Below are positions 42,168 to 53,043 of a stretch of DNA of 64,000 nucleotides, in pieces; the first letter of the stretch is position 1, and the number at the start of each line of letters is the position of its first letter. The DNA comes from an uncultured bacterium. Its GTDB lineage: Bacteria > Verrucomicrobiota > Verrucomicrobiia > Limisphaerales > UBA8199. The position numbers and the translations under genes are program-made. The stretch is from contig CAVVMW010000022.1 of NCBI GenBank assembly GCA_963749495.1, forward strand, positions 522,628 to 586,627. Reading direction: 5' to 3'. The notes beneath the pieces were generated by a model. The model was not told the origin of the DNA and ran no database searches. It was given only the letters and a program-made list of their open reading frames with translations.

Positions 42168-43232
42168 TTGGCGGAAAAAATGAGATGGCAGAAAAATTGT
42201 GCGGGCCCGGCGCCGGGATCGCGCGAGTTGGTCCGCCGGGCCTTGCTGGGCCTGGAGACTGGCCGGGTCCCAACCGGCCCGCTCTCGGTGCATTATTGCG
42301 CAAAGGTTGCAGGCGTCTCGATACGGCAATACACGACCAACTCCCGCGTGCTGGCCGAGTGCGTCGCCCGGTACTACGAGCGATTCCGGCCCGACGCCGT
42401 TTGGGTGTCGGCGGATACGTGGGTGAGCGCGCAGGCGATGGGGGCGCGGGTCGGGGCCGTGGCGGACGACCAGCCCTTTGGCGGCCTGGGCGAACCGCTG
42501 GTTCGGACTGCGCGCGACATCGAGCGCATCCCTGCGCCGGAGGCCGGGTCCCAGGGACGCTACCCGCTGATGTTGGAGGCGCTTGCCCGGGTGGTCAAGA
42601 CGCTGGGAGACGGGGTTTTCATCGCGGCCTGCTTCGACCAGTATCCGTTCTCGCTGGGGGCGGCGCTGATGGGCATCAACCAGATCATGCTCAAGGTGGT
42701 GGAGGACCGGCCCATGGTCGAGGCGCTGATGGAACGTTGCCTGGAATACGGTTTGGCATACGGCCGCGCCCTGGGTGAGGCGGGCGCGGACCTGCTAAGC
42801 GGCGGCGATTCCCCGGCGGGTTTGATCGGGCCACGGGCCTATCACGAACTGGTGCTGCCTTTCGAGCGGCGTTTGATTGCCGGGCTGAAATCGGCTGCGC
42901 CGCTGCCGGTCTCCCTGCACATCTGCGGCAACGCGCTGCCGTTGCTCCCGGAAATGGCGGCCTCGGGGGCGGACGTGCTGGAAATCGACCACCAGGTTGA
43001 TTTGACGCGGGCCTGCCGGCTGGTAAGCCCGCAGGTGGCCTTGTGGGGCAATCTCGACCCGGTATCGGTGCTGGCGCGCGGGAGCGTCGAGCAAGTCCGC
43101 CAGGCGGCGCGCCAGGCGCTGGAAGCGGTCCGCGCCTGTGGGCGACGCCGGTTTGTGCTCAGCTCGGGTTGCACGCTGGCGATGGAAACGCCGCCCGAAA
43201 ACCTGGAGGCATTCCTGAGGTGCGAAAGATGA
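42168..43232 (+). CDS. Uroporphyrinogen decarboxylase / MtaA-CmuA family protein (start uncertain)
   Basis: SLHICGN, LWGNLDPV, FVLSSGC, TPPENL. Confidence 0.85.
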   Translation: MAEKMRWQKNCAGPAPGSRELVRRALLGLETGRVPTGPLSVHYCAKVAGVSIRQYTTNSRVLAECVARYYERFRPDAVWVSADTWVSAQAMGARVGAVADDQPFGGLGEPLVRTARDIERIPAPEAGSQGRYPLMLEALARVVKTLGDGVFIAACFDQYPFSLGAALMGINQIMLKVVEDRPMVEALMERCLEYGLAYGRALGEAGADLLSGGDSPAGLIGPRAYHELVLPFERRLIAGLKSAAPLPVSLHICGNALPLLPEMAASGADVLEIDHQVDLTRACRLVSPQVALWGNLDPVSVLARGSVEQVRQAARQALEAVRACGRRRFVLSSGCTLAMETPPENLEAFLRCER

Positions 43233-43292
43233 AAAGTTGGCCGTTCATGCTGGGGGTGATGCTTGGGCCGAGGTGCGGGAAGCAGGCCGGTC

Positions 43293-44129
43293 TCAACTCC
43301 ACCTCAGAAGCCGGAGTAGAGCTTGCATCGCCTCTTTGCCTCGGGTGAGTTGGACGCTCAAAAACGTCAGCAGGGGCGTGCAAATGACGTGCAGCCAATG
43401 GGTGACCTTGTTGATGGGCACGCTGGTTTCGTCGCCGTGGAGAATGGGTTCTTGGGGCAGGATTTCCACCAGGCGCTCTTCAAAAGGTTGCAGCCCCTGG
43501 TATTGTTCTTGGCGAGCGCTTTGCAGGGTGCCTTCACTGACGGCAAAGCCGAACATCTCCTGGCCCATTTCGCGGATGCGGCGGCTGGCCCCCTCTTGGG
43601 CGTCGTAGAGGTAGGTCAGCAAGGCGCGAAAGTTCTTCCCGTATTGGACCGGGGCTTTAATGTCGACCGGAAAATCAGCCCGGCAGGTTCGCCCGCAGAT
43701 GGGGCACTCTTTGATTTCAGCTCGATGCTCGGTGCATTCCAAGGTCAGCGTGGGCAAGTCGAAGACTTGGCGAGGCTCAAAATCCACCGCCGGTTCCTGG
43801 GAAAGATCCTCGCCGCACCCACACTCCAGCAGCGGATGAATCTGGATGTGCTTGGGCTTTTGGCTGGGTTGGAGGGTGCGACCGGGATGGCCGGGTTGAC
43901 CGCCGGAGGGGCGCCCGGACTTTTTTCGCAGGCTCTTGGGTTTGGGCTTTTCGGGGCCGTCCGTGGAAGGAGGGCGCGAACTGTTACCGCTATTCTGGGA
44001 GGCCGCGTCCCGCAGGCGGGCATTCTCGGCTTGTAACTCCAAAGTGTAGTTGACCAATCCAGCCAAGTCGGCCCGGCCCAACGCCATGAGCCCGTTGCGG
44101 TCTTTAATCACAGAGTTGGCCAGGCACAT
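43293..44129 (-). pseudogene. IS66-family transposase, N-terminal half
   Basis: NSGNSSRPPSTD, RPSGGQPGHPG, CGCG..RQVFDLP..EHR..CPICG, APVQYG, LHGDETS; the rest of the DDE domain is missing. Confidence 0.85.
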
Positions 44130-44991
44130 CTGCAGTTAAAGGATAAAGGTAAATGTCCTTGCAAGGCGCATGGACCTGATTGTCCCGGTGCCGCTCATTC
44201 TGGCGGGTTCGTCCGCGGGTTTGGCCCACCCGAATCCAGTTGGCCGCCTGGTAAGCGGTGCCCCGGAAGCGGTCCGGTTGCACAAAGGTCTCCAGCAGGT
44301 AAAGACGATGATGGTAGCGCGCTTGCCAGTCGGCATCGATCCGCTGGGCGATTCGACCAAGAATGTGGCTGGCCAGACGCTGGACTCCAACCCAAGGCAA
44401 AATCAGGAACCGGCTATTGTTGGCGATCAACGGCAAGCCGGCAACCCGTTGCTGGGCCGACCAACCGATCCACCGATCGCGAGGCGCGCACTGCCAGGCC
44501 GCCGCTCCAAAGAGCAGGCACGCCAGATCCGCTCCCGCGCAACTCCTAATCAAATAGCCCAGGTTCTCCCCAACTGGGCCGCCATAGCTCAGGTAATGGT
44601 GCCGGGCCAAATACCGCTGAAACCGAGGATAGTCCGGATGCCTGGGGCGGACCACTTGCACCTCCAGGGGCAGCAGCGAAGACAAGTCCGCCCGGATCGG
44701 CTCAGGAACCACTGAGTCAAAAAGCTCGAGACTCAGCAGCGGACCTCGTCCAACCGGCATTCGCCGGCGTTCCGGCAGTGCAATGAGTTGGCGCCGCTGC
44801 AGCTTGAGTAACAGCGTCCGAGCCGCCATGTCTTTGAGCTGGCCGGAGGCCGAATACCATTGCCATCGCTGAGCCAACACCTGCGACAAGCGCCAGCGGC
44901 TCCAAAGCGGATGGGCCTCAATCAAGGCCCTAATCTCGCCGATCTGGACGTTACTGATTTTGCGGCCTTGAATGATTTCGGCTTCGAGCAC
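44104..44991 (-). CDS. DUF4338 domain protein (IS-associated)
   Basis: HHYLSY, AAWQCAPRDRWIGWS, NNSRFLILPWV, LLETFV..RFRGTAYQAANW..VGQTRGR. Confidence 0.88.
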   Translation of the reverse strand: MLEAEIIQGRKISNVQIGEIRALIEAHPLWSRWRLSQVLAQRWQWYSASGQLKDMAARTLLLKLQRRQLIALPERRRMPVGRGPLLSLELFDSVVPEPIRADLSSLLPLEVQVVRPRHPDYPRFQRYLARHHYLSYGGPVGENLGYLIRSCAGADLACLLFGAAAWQCAPRDRWIGWSAQQRVAGLPLIANNSRFLILPWVGVQRLASHILGRIAQRIDADWQARYHHRLYLLETFVQPDRFRGTAYQAANWIRVGQTRGRTRQNERHRDNQVHAPCKDIYLYPLTADVPGQLCD

Positions 44992-45761
44992 GCGCCCAGA
45001 TTACCAGGTGGATTTGGGGGAGTCCCGTACAAAATCAAAGTATTTTGCGGCCTCTCTCTCCGCCGCTGTTCACCCGGCCCCGCTCGGACCTGAGTAGTTA
45101 CCAATTGAGGCACCAGCCCCTAGAACCACCAGTGTTCTATCATGAGCCGGCTTATGCGTGGTCTTGCTCATCAGCTCCGATCGAGTCAACTGTACCTATT
45201 CGACCAGCGGCTCGAATATTGAACGGCCAAATCCCAGTCCAGTGGACCTCCTGCCTTGATTTCAAAAAGGTCAACAACACGGCAATAATTCCACGAGTGC
45301 ATGGGGCGATCTTAAACTCCTGCTCCGACAAGTCAAGCCCGATGTTGCGTCCTTCAGGGTGTCCTCAACTGGAAAAACTGGCTGCTGTTGGAAGGTGAGA
45401 TGCTGATCACAAGATCATCGTTACTCCGGCAAGGGGTGTCGGGCAATGGTATCCAGGCCGCTGGATTAAGGCTCTCCGTCGAATAGAGCCTGAAGGGGGA
45501 CGCCGGCCATCTCAGTGACAGGTTCGTGCCATGTCTCGTGGCAGAGAGGCTGACGTTGGTCAGAGCGGCACCTGGTGGGCAGGGCTCCGCAGATGGCTCA
45601 ATATCGAGATTCTGCTGTGGCCAGGGCTCGATTGAAGAACGGGCTCTCTCAACTGGCGAACCAGGCCCGGAATCTCGCTCACCAGGATGCCACGGAACTG
45701 GTCAATCGGTTCGGTGAGCTTGGGAGGAGGAAATTCAACCTGGCGGCCTGAACAACGAACC

Positions 45762-46016
45762 ATGAAAGCAAATCAACTGGTCCAGAAACCTGGCCAGAAA
45801 CTCCTCGGCCAGAAAGTGAACACGCCTGCCCTTGGTGAGTATCCGGGAGGTGTGGCGACCGTAACCCAAATTGCACCGGATGAGAACGCTCCGGAGATTG
45901 TCTTCCAGGTCAGCTTGCCTCATTACGGCGAATGTGGGGTCTTTGAAACTGAGGATGTTTCATTGCTGGTCAACAAATTCAGTCTGCCCCAACTCCATGA
46001 ACACTGGAGAAACTGA
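45762..46016 (+). CDS. Small hypothetical protein
   Basis: Clean ORF MKANQLVQKPG...TPALGEYPGGVATV. Confidence 0.5.
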   Translation: MKANQLVQKPGQKLLGQKVNTPALGEYPGGVATVTQIAPDENAPEIVFQVSLPHYGECGVFETEDVSLLVNKFSLPQLHEHWRN

Positions 46017-46521
46017 ACGGTCCTGTCCACTGCTGCCATAAACCACAACAACCAAGGGGATGGGCTGTGCCGGGCTCAAAAGGCTCGGCACAGCGCCATC
46101 CCCTCTGCGTTTCGTCTCCGAGAGGTTTTGGGGGCGTTTAGGTGTGAGGTGCCGAATCTCAAGCCAATTGCGATGGTTGTGTCGGGCGGGTCCGCCTCCT
46201 CCGGCTTGAGCATCAGCCGGCATTGTCCAAACCGATAATAGGAACGCAGAACCACCCGCTGTCACGAGGGTGGCGCTCGACAACTCGTAATACACCATAG
46301 GCTGAAGCAGGACCTTGATGCCCGAACTTGGCTGCGCATTGCGGTCGGAATCGTTCGGCAAGAGGGCCCAAGTCAGAGACCCTGCCGCTGAGTGCTAGCA
46401 CCTCGATTTATATTGCCAGTTCTGATTTTCGGAGAAATTCTTGCGGGCGCCTGGCGAAATGCTAATTTCGAGGAAGCGGTCATTAAGGCCCGAGTCATCC
46501 GGGCACTGACCCTCTCACAAC

Positions 46522-47704
46522 ATGCGACGCAAGCGTTGGCTGATTCTGCTGATGAGCGCCTTGGTTTTGGCACTCGGCCTTTACCTCAGTCGTGAGTCCC
46601 TGATCCGCGCCGTGGTTGCAAACCGGATTCGTCAGGCGCACGTTATCACCCCGCCCCCACCCGATCCGGGTAAATCCCGCTGGCACCGGTTCAGGGGCGA
46701 TGCCCGGTTTTACTGGGATCTCGCAGGACTGCGTTTGGCGAGAGAAATGCGGGCGAAGCAGTTGAACCCCGAACTGAAGCCGTTGGTGAAGGAGATCCAG
46801 CGTCATCAGGCAGCCGGAGAAGGGATGCAGGTACTCGATGCATATCTACCGGGAAATCCGTTGGCGGCTTAATTTCACGCCCGACGTCGAACTCACCCGG
46901 GCGAGGATTGCTGATCTCCGCCAAAGTCTGGCGCAACCGGCGGAGCAGAAGTTGGCCACCGAGCAGCAGGCTTCGGACGGAAGCTGGGGACGGAGAATCA
47001 CCGTCTGGTATCTCCGACTCTATTATTCGGTGGAGGATGGCCTGAAGGACGACACCCGGGACCCGCAGTATCCGTTGTCGTTTCTGGATCGGATCAACTC
47101 GCCTGAAAAGCTCGCGGCACAACTCGATTCGGTCTTGCTCAATGATTTCGCCCGGACCGGCGTGTTCAATCGCGAGGAGTTGGATGAAACCTTTTCCGCG
47201 CTGGCGCGGCTGCTCTTTGGACACAAGCGAACCGGCTACGCGTATCATCCCCAGCTCCAGGATGCCCTGCGCCAATTTGTGCGGTGTTGGCAAAATCCTG
47301 TTACCGGCTGCTGGGGACAGTGGCTGGTGGACCGCCAGGGGAGGATCTGGAAAATGGACGACATGGCGATGACGTTCCACGTGATCTCGGATCTCCACGG
47401 TCAGGTGGACCATTTGGATCTGATCGCGAAGCGTGTGCTCCAACTCGATGCCGTGGACTTCCCCGCTGGTATCCGCGTCAATGGCCATTACGAGAATCAT
47501 CTGAATTGGGACGTGGTGAAGATCTTTCACCATGCCTGGCCAACCCTGGATGCCGCGACTCGGGAGCAGGCTCGAGCCGGGATCTTACGGATGCTCAACT
47601 GGTGCCTGGCCAACTCTTGCCAGCCGGATGGGTCCTTCAAGGCCAGTGATTTGGATGATACCCTCGGCGACGCTTTTAGCTACGGAGTGAACCACAGAGG
47701 ATGA
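46522..47704 (+). pseudogene. Membrane-anchored/secreted hypothetical protein, frameshift at ~46830, probably 3'-truncated
   Basis: ORFs 46522..46872 and 46838..47704 join if one G is removed from CAGGTACTCG; end abuts the DUF2997 gene. Confidence 0.6.
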
Positions 47705-47901
47705 ACATGAGGAGAACCATCGAAATCATCATCGGAACCGCAGGCGAAATCCAAATTGACGCCGTGGGATTCACAGGGCCTGACTGCGAAAAGGCCACCG
47801 AGTTCCTGGAAGAGGCGCTGGGGGTGGTGGGCAAAAAGGTCAAGAAGCCCGAGTACCACCAGCAACGTGCCGGGCTTAGTCACCAGAAGGTCGGGGGCTA
47901 A
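47701..47901 (+). CDS. DUF2997 family protein
   Basis: IEIIIG..GEIQIDAVGFTGPDCEKATEFLEEALG....KKPEY. Confidence 0.8.
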   Translation: MNMRRTIEIIIGTAGEIQIDAVGFTGPDCEKATEFLEEALGVVGKKVKKPEYHQQRAGLSHQKVGG

Positions 47902-48077
47902 ATCTCACTGAGGCCTGGCTGGAAGGGACGGCTGGGCTTCAGTTGTCCAGTCCCTGCGTCTTTCTCAGGACATTTTTCCAAGGCGTCAGGCATCGAGCAC
48001 GCTGGCAGGCAGTCGTTGGAAGCTGGGTGCGACAAAACGACGCAGCCAACATGCCCGCATTTTATGAAACGATCCAT

Positions 48078-48854
48078 TCACTCCTTCAAATCCTGGAGCT
48101 TCGCCTGGAGATCATCGAGTGTGAAGCCTTCAGCGACCACGCGATGGGCCTTATCGGTCAGGATGAGCCATGGCAGAGAGGACGCGCCCCAAGTGGCGCC
48201 AGCCTCGCCTGGATTTCCTGCCAAACAGGCGGCCGGAAACGGAATGCCGGCGTCCTTCTTCCAGTCGTTAAAGGCCTGGCCGGACATCGTGCCCGCCTGC
48301 AGGATGATGACCGCGATGCCTTCTTTCGTCAAGCCGGTAGGCTGCCCTAAGAGGAGACTTAGCGCGTGCCGAGAGGGGCGTTGTTCAGCATCGATAAGCA
48401 CGACCAAAAGCGGTTGACTGGGCGGGACATCGGTCGAACTCAGACCTAACGGGGCGAGGTCCGGTACGGGTTTTCCTGCGAGCGGCGTGATTACTGGAGG
48501 GGACCCAGTAGTTTGAATGACAATCTTCTCTCGCGTCAAAGTAATGATGTTGGTCTTTCCCAGTTCGGGGTCACCGAGTTCGAGTCTGACCTGTGTCTGT
48601 GGCGTGCCACGAATAAGCGTCGCACACTCAGATAAGGTCTTGCCTGCGGTACTACTCCCATCGACTGACAAAATGAGGCATCCAGGCATATTCCCAGCTT
48701 TGGCGGCGGGTCCTCCGGGAAGGACCCTGTTTGTTATTGGTGGGCCACCCCCTGGCGCGGCACGAATTTCAATCCCCACTCCTCCGATCTCTTGGCTTTG
48801 CGTCGTAGTTATGAATGCCAAGAACCCAATGATGAATGCCGTCTTTGCTTGCAC
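48078..48854 (-). CDS. Secreted PDZ-domain protein with thioredoxin-like C-terminus
   Basis: IGGVGIE..VLPGGPAAKAG..ILSVDG..LIRG..TQVRL PDZ; LPWLILTDKAHRVVAEG. Confidence 0.7.
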   Translation of the reverse strand: MQAKTAFIIGFLAFITTTQSQEIGGVGIEIRAAPGGGPPITNRVLPGGPAAKAGNMPGCLILSVDGSSTAGKTLSECATLIRGTPQTQVRLELGDPELGKTNIITLTREKIVIQTTGSPPVITPLAGKPVPDLAPLGLSSTDVPPSQPLLVVLIDAEQRPSRHALSLLLGQPTGLTKEGIAVIILQAGTMSGQAFNDWKKDAGIPFPAACLAGNPGEAGATWGASSLPWLILTDKAHRVVAEGFTLDDLQAKLQDLKE

Positions 48855-49681
48855 ACGCTTTGATCGATGTGATGGAAGACTGCTATGCGGGAGGGCGACA
48901 AAGCTGAAATTGCCATACCGCGACACCGTGGAAGAGCGGTCCTGCATGTCAACTGTCCGAAACCTCGCCGCAAAGCTGTTCTGTTCAACTATTACAGCCA
49001 TCGGGTCGCACATTAAATCAGGCGAATTCAAGATACAATCCTTTTGTTTCGTGCGGTTTGTAACCGGGCTATGGGCGATGCGGACAGCCTACACAGAGCA
49101 ATCCTGCTCAAGTGGATGGCACAATGACGCTCCTCGAGAACCACGACCGGTAAAGGGGGGCCTTACTAGGCTCGGAATCGAGCAAGGTTTAGGCCGACCA
49201 GCACAAGAATCCCGCTAAAGCCCAACCACCTCCCATGCTTTCATGCATGTGAACCCCGTGAATCCTGCGCAGAACAAGTGCTAAGGCTCAATTCATACAA
49301 TTACCCGCACCCGATTCACAGTAACCCGCTCCCATTCATACAGTTACGGCCACTTGATCGAGAAAACCTCCACAAATGCCCCAGGATCGATCGACACCCC
49401 TTTCCGCGGTCTGACCGCCTGCCGCCCAAAAAAGATCGCTGCAAGGGTCATTTCCGCTCCAAATCCCGTACCGCCACCGCTCGATCTGTATCGATAAAGG
49501 GAGTGGATGGTGGTTGGTCTCGAAGATCTCAAGTCCGGCCTTCTGAGATGTGATGCTGGCAACGGTTGAGCGTCCCGATGGGTGAACATTATGGCTCATC
49601 GACACGTCTAAGGTGTTGGGGTCGATTGGCATTGGATGGTCCGCGGAGAAAAGCCAAAGCTCGCCCCCAAAAAAGACATCT

Positions 49682-50383
49682 ATGAAAAATAACGGGATCG
49701 GATATCTGTTAGCTGTCACGCTCACAATCTCCAGTGCCAACGCAGCTCTCTCGCCTGGCGCGGCAGAGGTGCTGAAGCTTTCCAAGTCCGGGGTTCCTGA
49801 AGATGTGACCACAGTGTACGTGAATGGAGTGTCGGCAGCCTTCCAGTTGTCCGCCGACGACATTCTCTTACTCAACGCACAGGGGGTCCAACACCAGATC
49901 ATTACGGCAATGCTGAACCACGACGCGCAACTGCGTGCACGGGCACAGGCATATGCACCTCAAGGCCCGGCCTACTCGCCGCCTCCGCAAGCCCAAGCCT
50001 ACGCGCCACCCCAGGCACTTGAGGCACCGGCACCAGAATACGCGCCGACCACAACCTACTACCCACAGGAGGCAATCCCGGTGTCCCCAGGTCCCGACTA
50101 TTACTGGAGTCCAGGGTACTGGGGAGATAACGGCCTATGGATCGGCGGGACATGGCTATATGGTGGGATCGGAGTAGGCATCGGCTGGCCCTACGGATGG
50201 GGCGCCTACTACGGCGGATATCGTGGCTACGGTGGCTATCGGGGATACGGAGGATATCGCGGCTACGGTGGCTATGCGAGATATGGTGGATATCACGGCA
50301 GCATAGGGGGAGGTTTCCACGGGGGCGTTGCCAGAGGACATGCTGGTGGAGGATTTGGCGCCGGACACGGTGGGCACCGATAA
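49682..50383 (+). CDS. Secreted Pro/Gly/Tyr-rich protein with YXWGXW-like repeat
   Basis: Signal peptide; EVLKLSKSGV.ED; PGPDYYWSPGYW; GYGGYR repeats. Confidence 0.75.
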   Translation: MKNNGIGYLLAVTLTISSANAALSPGAAEVLKLSKSGVPEDVTTVYVNGVSAAFQLSADDILLLNAQGVQHQIITAMLNHDAQLRARAQAYAPQGPAYSPPPQAQAYAPPQALEAPAPEYAPTTTYYPQEAIPVSPGPDYYWSPGYWGDNGLWIGGTWLYGGIGVGIGWPYGWGAYYGGYRGYGGYRGYGGYRGYGGYARYGGYHGSIGGGFHGGVARGHAGGGFGAGHGGHR

Positions 50384-50474
50384 TTAGGTTCACTGTGAAA
50401 AGAGAAATCCGCATCTGAAAGGGCCGGGGTTTTCACTCTTGCACCTAATTGTCCACCTAATGTTGCACGTGCAT

Positions 50475-50577
50475 GTTCCTGGAGGAGGCGCAGGGGGTAA
50501 TCGGGGAGAAGATCAAAAAGCCCGAGTATCACGAGCACAGTACCAGGACCAGGAACCAACAGAGGATTGAGGGGTGA
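50475..50577 (+). pseudogene. 3' remnant of a second DUF2997 gene
   Basis: FLEEAQGVIGEKIKKPEYHEH..QQRIEG* versus FLEEALGVVGKKVKKPEYHQQ..QKVGG* at 47.8 kb. Confidence 0.75.
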
Positions 50578-50690
50578 ATCATTCTGAAGCTCCGCCTAAA
50601 AAGATGGCTGGGCTTCAGATCTTCACCAATGGAGGGAATGTGGTTTTTGACGCGTCGCCGGTATGTGGAGGCTGCGCACGTGATTTTGTG

Positions 50691-50954
50691 TCAATGGCGA
50701 GAGCTGACAGTTGTTCGTCGCGGTGCAGACTGCTCTTGCAAGCGATAGCTCTTGCTCCCCTTGAAGCGGCGCTTGCAGCCCAATCTCCTGCGCGTGCGCT
50801 CCCTCGCGGCGACTAAGTGTTTCAGGCACCGGCCCGATACTGCCGCGTTGTCGCCACAGACTACGCAACGCCCATTGCGCTGCATTCGCAGTTGATACTT
50901 TCGCTGGCGGGACATTGTCAGGTCTGTGAATTCGTCGCGTATGACCTTTGGCAC
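50691..50954 (-). CDS. Small basic Cys-containing hypothetical protein
   Basis: IRDEFTDL..SRQRKYQLRM...CVVCG......CLKH. Confidence 0.55.
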   Translation of the reverse strand: MPKVIRDEFTDLTMSRQRKYQLRMQRNGRCVVCGDNAAVSGRCLKHLVAARERTRRRLGCKRRFKGSKSYRLQEQSAPRRTTVSSRH

Positions 50955-51326
50955 ATCACCTTTCGAACCTTTTCTCGCCGCTTTTGCGTGAAAACCGCGA
51001 GAATGTGGTTTCGACACCGCACTGGTTCATCGACGCTATGGGGGTGCGCGAGAATTGTTTCTCGCTCGCACTCATTCCGGCGTCATGCTGGCAGACAGGA
51101 AGCGGCGTGTCAAGCAGCATGTGTTGGCAGGTTCGAGCTGGACGACGGTTGATTTCTCTCCAATCAGGGTGAATCAGCACAAGAGCGGCAGGGGAAGAGC
51201 TGAGACCTGCACCGTGGAAACCTGAGAACTTGTTTGGACACGGGTGGCTAGCGCTGTATGCGGCTTGGGTATCCAGAGGAAATCCGACAGAACGTTTCGA
51301 GTTACATTCGCTTCGTTGTCGGAAGG

Positions 51327-52200
51327 TCACTGGCTGCGGATGGCATCGTTGATTTTGGCCGCCAGCTCTCTCGCCTCCTCTTCGGTGAAGTGGCCGGTAA
51401 CCTGGGCCTTCCCATCTGATATTTCCGACCTGATCATCGGCGCAGAATACAGGTGGCCGTCCAAGACGATAGCGACGCGTTTGTTGATGTTGTCCTTGGT
51501 GAGTGCTGCAAACAGGTCCTTGCCTTCTTCATTGAACTCGACATCGATCTCTGGATCGCCAGATGACGCGTTCTTCGTCACGGTGACCGAACGGATCGCC
51601 GTCTGGTCCAAGAGTGGCGTTTTGTTGACCTGGAGGGTTTCTCCGTTGCTCGCATTGTTCGTCATTGGCTGCGTGTCCTCCCCGGGTTCATCGAGGACAA
51701 GTTGCAGTTGGAAGGGAGCCGGTGCGTTTGGTTGCGGGGTCGTAACGAGCGAGGGCTGACCAGGCGGATGAGGTGCTTTCGACTGGGCCCAACAACCAAT
51801 TGCTCAAGCTCATGCTGGCGTCGGCGTAGCCGGCCGACTTCTCCTCTAAGCTTGAGCAACTCTCTCAAGCGGTCTGTGCTCAAGGACGTTCCAGCGAGCC
51901 GATTGGAACGGCTTCCGTTTTCGGAGTTGACCTGCACAATTTGTTCGGTCAGTGCGGCTTGCTGTTGCTGGAGCGTTTGGACTTGGGTTCGCAGCCTCGA
52001 AGCCTGGCGAGCTTCATAGATTCCTGTGCAGACTGCGGTAACGAGGGTGACGGCAATGAGAGTTCTTTGGATCGTATTCATCGCAACATTCTTGGTTACG
52101 GCGATGGAAGTCTAAATTGAAGCAGCAGATCTCGCAAGTGCAGCAGTGGACATGCCGGCGGCCAATCTAACGGGCGCAGTCTGAACGGCGTTGATGTGCG
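51327..52200 (-). pseudogene. Remnant of ECF sigma-factor C-terminal extension fused to a SecDF P1-head-like domain
   Basis: NAVQTAP.RLAA..STAA, in-frame stop, MNTIQRTL..GIYEARQASRLR.QVQTLQQQ, ELLKLRGEVG.LR; then F.EEG..LFA.LT..NINKRVAIVLDG...SAPMI.SEI..GKA.VTG.FT.EEA. Confidence 0.7.
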
Positions 52201-52559
52201 TGGCGGGTTTCATTACCGTCCCCAACTCGCGGCAATCATCACCCCGCCGCCATCCACACCCGGCCGTAGCTCTCATTTCCCAGCTTTTCAGCCCGCCAAT
52301 TGTATAGTAATCGCGCAACGCCGGTCCAGCTTTCCATCTCAATTCTGACAATAACCAGCCAAAGATCCGGGAAACCGTCCAGAATGCCCCACAAACGATC
52401 AACTCCCCACCCCCTTCCCGCAAGACCTCCACCTCAAACGGACAGCTCCCAGGGCCATTTCTGCTCCAAATCCTGTACCGCCTCAGATGACCTTTAACGG
52501 TAACGGTCAAAGACAACGCTTGGAGACAACGCTCGGAGATGACCCAAGAGATGATGGCA

Positions 52560-52730
52560 GGAGATGAACCTGGGAGATGAACCTGGGAGATCAAGTCGCA
52601 CCAAAAGTCTCAAAAGTCTCAAAAGTCTCAAAGATCTCCAAGGTCTCCAAAGTCCCCAGGATCTCGAAAGTCTTCAAAGTCTCCAAGGTCCCCAGGATCT
52701 CGAAGTCTCCAAAGTCTCGAAAGTCTCAGG
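52560..52730. repeat. Low-complexity tandem repeats (GAACCTGGGAGAT; CAAAAGTCT-type 9-mers)
   Basis: ggagatgaacctgggagatgaacctgggagat and repeated aaagtctc variants. Confidence 0.7.
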
Positions 52731-53043
52731 TTCCTTGATGAGGAGACTTGAGACTTGGTGGCGAGAAGAGGGAAAGAGACCAGTACTCCACCGTGACATG
52801 TCCAACTCGTTCACCCCGCCATCAACACCAGGGCATCAGGGCGTCGAGACCACGGCATGAAGATCACCAGGCAACCAGGACGGTGTTTAATCGTGTCGCC
52901 GCGGATCTTGAAGGCGAGGGTCCAAGGTCACGCCAGGTCCTCTCCACCTCGACGGCAATCAAAAGGGGGGTGGAGGAATGTGCGCTATAATATCTTGTCT
53001 TTTGTCCCATAGGGGTGTAGGGTCGGCAGCGCTCGATTGAGCT

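Larger units (their letters stand above)
43293..45101 (-). mobile_element. Truncated IS66-like element (DUF4338 gene + transposase)
   Basis: Terminus GTAACTACTCAG read on the minus strand from 45101; two overlapping ORFs; transposase breaks off at ~43320 with no second end visible. Confidence 0.8.

Noticed and set aside
44104..44991. Druantia anti-phage system (DUF4338 occurs in DruA)
   Set aside because: The gene overlaps an IS66 transposase inside an IS terminus, and no DruE helicase or other dru genes are nearby.
46320..46360. attC site (GCCCGAAC...GTTCGGC)
   Set aside because: It is only ~40 nt, shorter than typical attC sites, and has no recognisable L boxes.
52560..52730. CRISPR array or coding repeat (SLKSLK ORF)
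   Set aside because: These are degenerate 9-13-nt tandem units without unique spacers, and no cas genes are present.
52978..53005. dif/Xer site (TGCGCTATAAT resembles the XerC arm)
   Set aside because: There is no TTATGTTAAA-like XerD arm at the required spacing in either copy.
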